36,195 nucleotides of DNA, taken from assembly GCA_918285425.1 (NCBI GenBank), contig CAKJZE010000022.1:1-36195 (forward strand), given 5' to 3'. The notes beneath the pieces are model-generated. The model was not told the DNA's origin, made no database searches, and saw nothing but the letters and a program-made list of their open reading frames with translations. Positions within the stretch are counted from its first letter, which is position 1. Every line of letters begins with the position of its first letter. The translations under genes were made by a program, and so were the position numbers. Shown here in pieces: positions 34,831 through 36,195 of this stretch. Origin of the DNA: Clostridiales bacterium. GTDB taxonomy: Bacteria > Bacillota > Clostridia > Christensenellales > UBA1242.

Positions 34831-36195
34831 AACTTGCATTTCGTTTCCAGTAATAATCTGCAAGTCCACCATAGTTGTATGAGCTTCTCTTCAGTTTACT
34901 TGCATTTGTGCTGGCATTTGTCACATCAATTGGTGTCCCACTTGTCGCGGTTGCAGATGATGTATAATACCAACCACTGGTATTAATTGTCACACTTGTA
35001 AGTCCACTGCAACGCCCGAATGCAGATTCTCCAATGCTTGTCACACTGTTTGGTATTGTTATACTTGTAAGATTACTGCAATAATAGAATGCAGCGCGCC
35101 CAATGCTTGTCACTCCACTGCCGATTGTAACGCTGGTAAGCCCACTGCAATAATAGAATGCATAATCCCCAATGCTTGTCACACTGTCTGGTATCGTAAT
35201 ACTTGTAAGCCCTGTGCAATATGCGAGTGCATAATACCCAATGCTTTCCACACTGTTTGGTATTGTTGTATTATTACATCCTTGTATTAACCTATTTGTG
35301 GATTTCTCTATAATTGCATTACAATTATCTCTGCTGTCATATACTGTATTTCCACTGTCTACTACTATACTGGTAATCCCACTGCAATGGTAGAATACTT
35401 GAGATCCAATGCTTGTCACACTGTTTGGGATTGTTATGCTTGTAAGCCCACTGCAATATGCGAATGCAGAGCGCCCAATACTTGTTATTGTGTTTGGCAT
35501 ATAGACTGCTGTAATATTATCGTTATTATAAAACGCTCCTGATGAACTCGAAGTTGCGTTGTATATCGCCTTCACATCTTTTATGCCATCTGTACCATTA
35601 TTATATTGTCTTGGTATCACTACCACCCCAGTCGGCTTGTTTGATGTATTCTGTTTGACAGTATAATATTCACCTTCATTTGAATTATAACTAAACACAA
35701 ATTTATTTAAATCTGTTGCTGTGCGAGTATAAACATTGTATATACCACTTTCACCCAGTATTTCACCATCTTCTATCCCTTGTGTCATCCCTTCATCTGT
35801 GAAGTATCCACAACATTCTGTATATTTAAGTGGTGCACTCGTTAAATGAAATCTTATCGCCTCTTGATTAAGTATGTAATCTCGTTTTGCTATCTCCCCA
35901 TCTACATAATAGTCTATTGTCGTTACGTCAAGACCAACATTATCTTCAATTAAACAATCTGTTATGACAAGTTTGCCACCATCTTCCACATATATCGCTG
36001 CTGCATCTGTTCCTGCATTGCCTGCTATTCTTCCGCCATTAAGATAACATGTTCCACCATTCGCTACATATATTGCTCCGCCATATAATGCCCGATTATT
36101 GACTATCTGGCCACCGTTCATGGTGAATGTCCCACCATTGGCTATATAAACTGCTCCGCCATACACTGCTGAATATCCACTGTATCTGCCTCCAT
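34829..36195 (-). CDS. Surface protein with GGAI (PMP-like) repeats and BspA-type leucine-rich repeats; 5' end outside the window
   Basis: Frame stays open to the window edge (GGRYSGYSAVYGGAVY...). YGGAxY repeats and LTSITIPNSVTSIGxxAFxxC LRR_5 units. Confidence 0.88.
   Translation of the reverse strand, partial: GGRYSGYSAVYGGAVYIANGGTFTMNGGQIVNNRALYGGAIYVANGGTCYLNGGRIAGNAGTDAAAIYVEDGGKLVITDCLIEDNVGLDVTTIDYYVDGEIAKRDYILNQEAIRFHLTSAPLKYTECCGYFTDEGMTQGIEDGEILGESGIYNVYTRTATDLNKFVFSYNSNEGEYYTVKQNTSNKPTGVVVIPRQYNNGTDGIKDVKAIYNATSSSSGAFYNNDNITAVYMPNTITSIGRSAFAYCSGLTSITIPNSVTSIGSQVFYHCSGITSIVVDSGNTVYDSRDNCNAIIEKSTNRLIQGCNNTTIPNSVESIGYYALAYCTGLTSITIPDSVTSIGDYAFYYCSGLTSVTIGSGVTSIGRAAFYYCSNLTSITIPNSVTSIGESAFGRCSGLTSVTINTSGWYYTSSATATSGTPIDVTNASTNASKLKRSSYNYGGLADYYWKRNAS
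34990..35500 (-). repeat. 69-bp tandem LRR-coding DNA repeats
   Basis: CCAAT(G/A)CTT anchors at 35031, 35100, 35169, 35238 and 35406, 35475. Confidence 0.9.

Noticed and set aside
34990-35500. CRISPR array or DGR
   Set aside because: The repeats are in-frame coding units with no spacers, and no cas, RT or template repeat is in the window.
1-36195. Alternative genetic code (TGA or Arg-codon reassignment)
   Set aside because: TGA ends genes at coupled junctions (alkD/rlmD, yhaO/yhaN), and AGG encodes the conserved Arg of the GpmI GR motif. Only a few sites were checked.

Overview
AT-rich (roughly one-third GC, by eye), gene-dense chromosomal segment from a low-GC Bacillota, most consistent with an uncultured gut Clostridia-like organism. 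I found no rRNA, tRNA, CRISPR array, transposase or integrase. From left to right: a lipid locus (partial cardiolipin synthase, membrane-bound XRE regulator, GT2 glycosyltransferase/CrtO-like acyltransferase/PlsC-like acyltransferase operon); gpmI; an AT-rich ABC/AAA ATPase; an unusual XRE-HTH/P-loop kinase/CYTH fusion; a ZIP transporter; an RNA-methyltransferase cluster (trmL, TrmH-like, rlmD, AviRb-like) with AlkD-like and PflX-like genes; a YhaO/YhaN (SbcDC-like) pair divergent from a DnaD/DnaI-like operon; a SHOCT membrane protein; an SDR plus a short MetRS2-type metG with a HIGY motif; DUF1858; a 3-TM coiled-coil protein with an AT-hook; addBA; a Zn peptidase; a stand-alone rplI; an ORFan; DUF1540; and the 3' part of a GGAI-repeat/BspA-LRR surface protein with 69-bp DNA repeats. 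Best leads: the HTH-kinase-CYTH protein with an inverted repeat over its promoter, the carotenoid-gene-free CrtQ/CrtO-like glyco-acylation operon, the AviRb-like methylase, the AT-hook membrane protein, several apparently leaderless genes, and a back-to-back DnaA-box pair in the helicase-loader operon. Family assignments come from motif recognition, not database searches.
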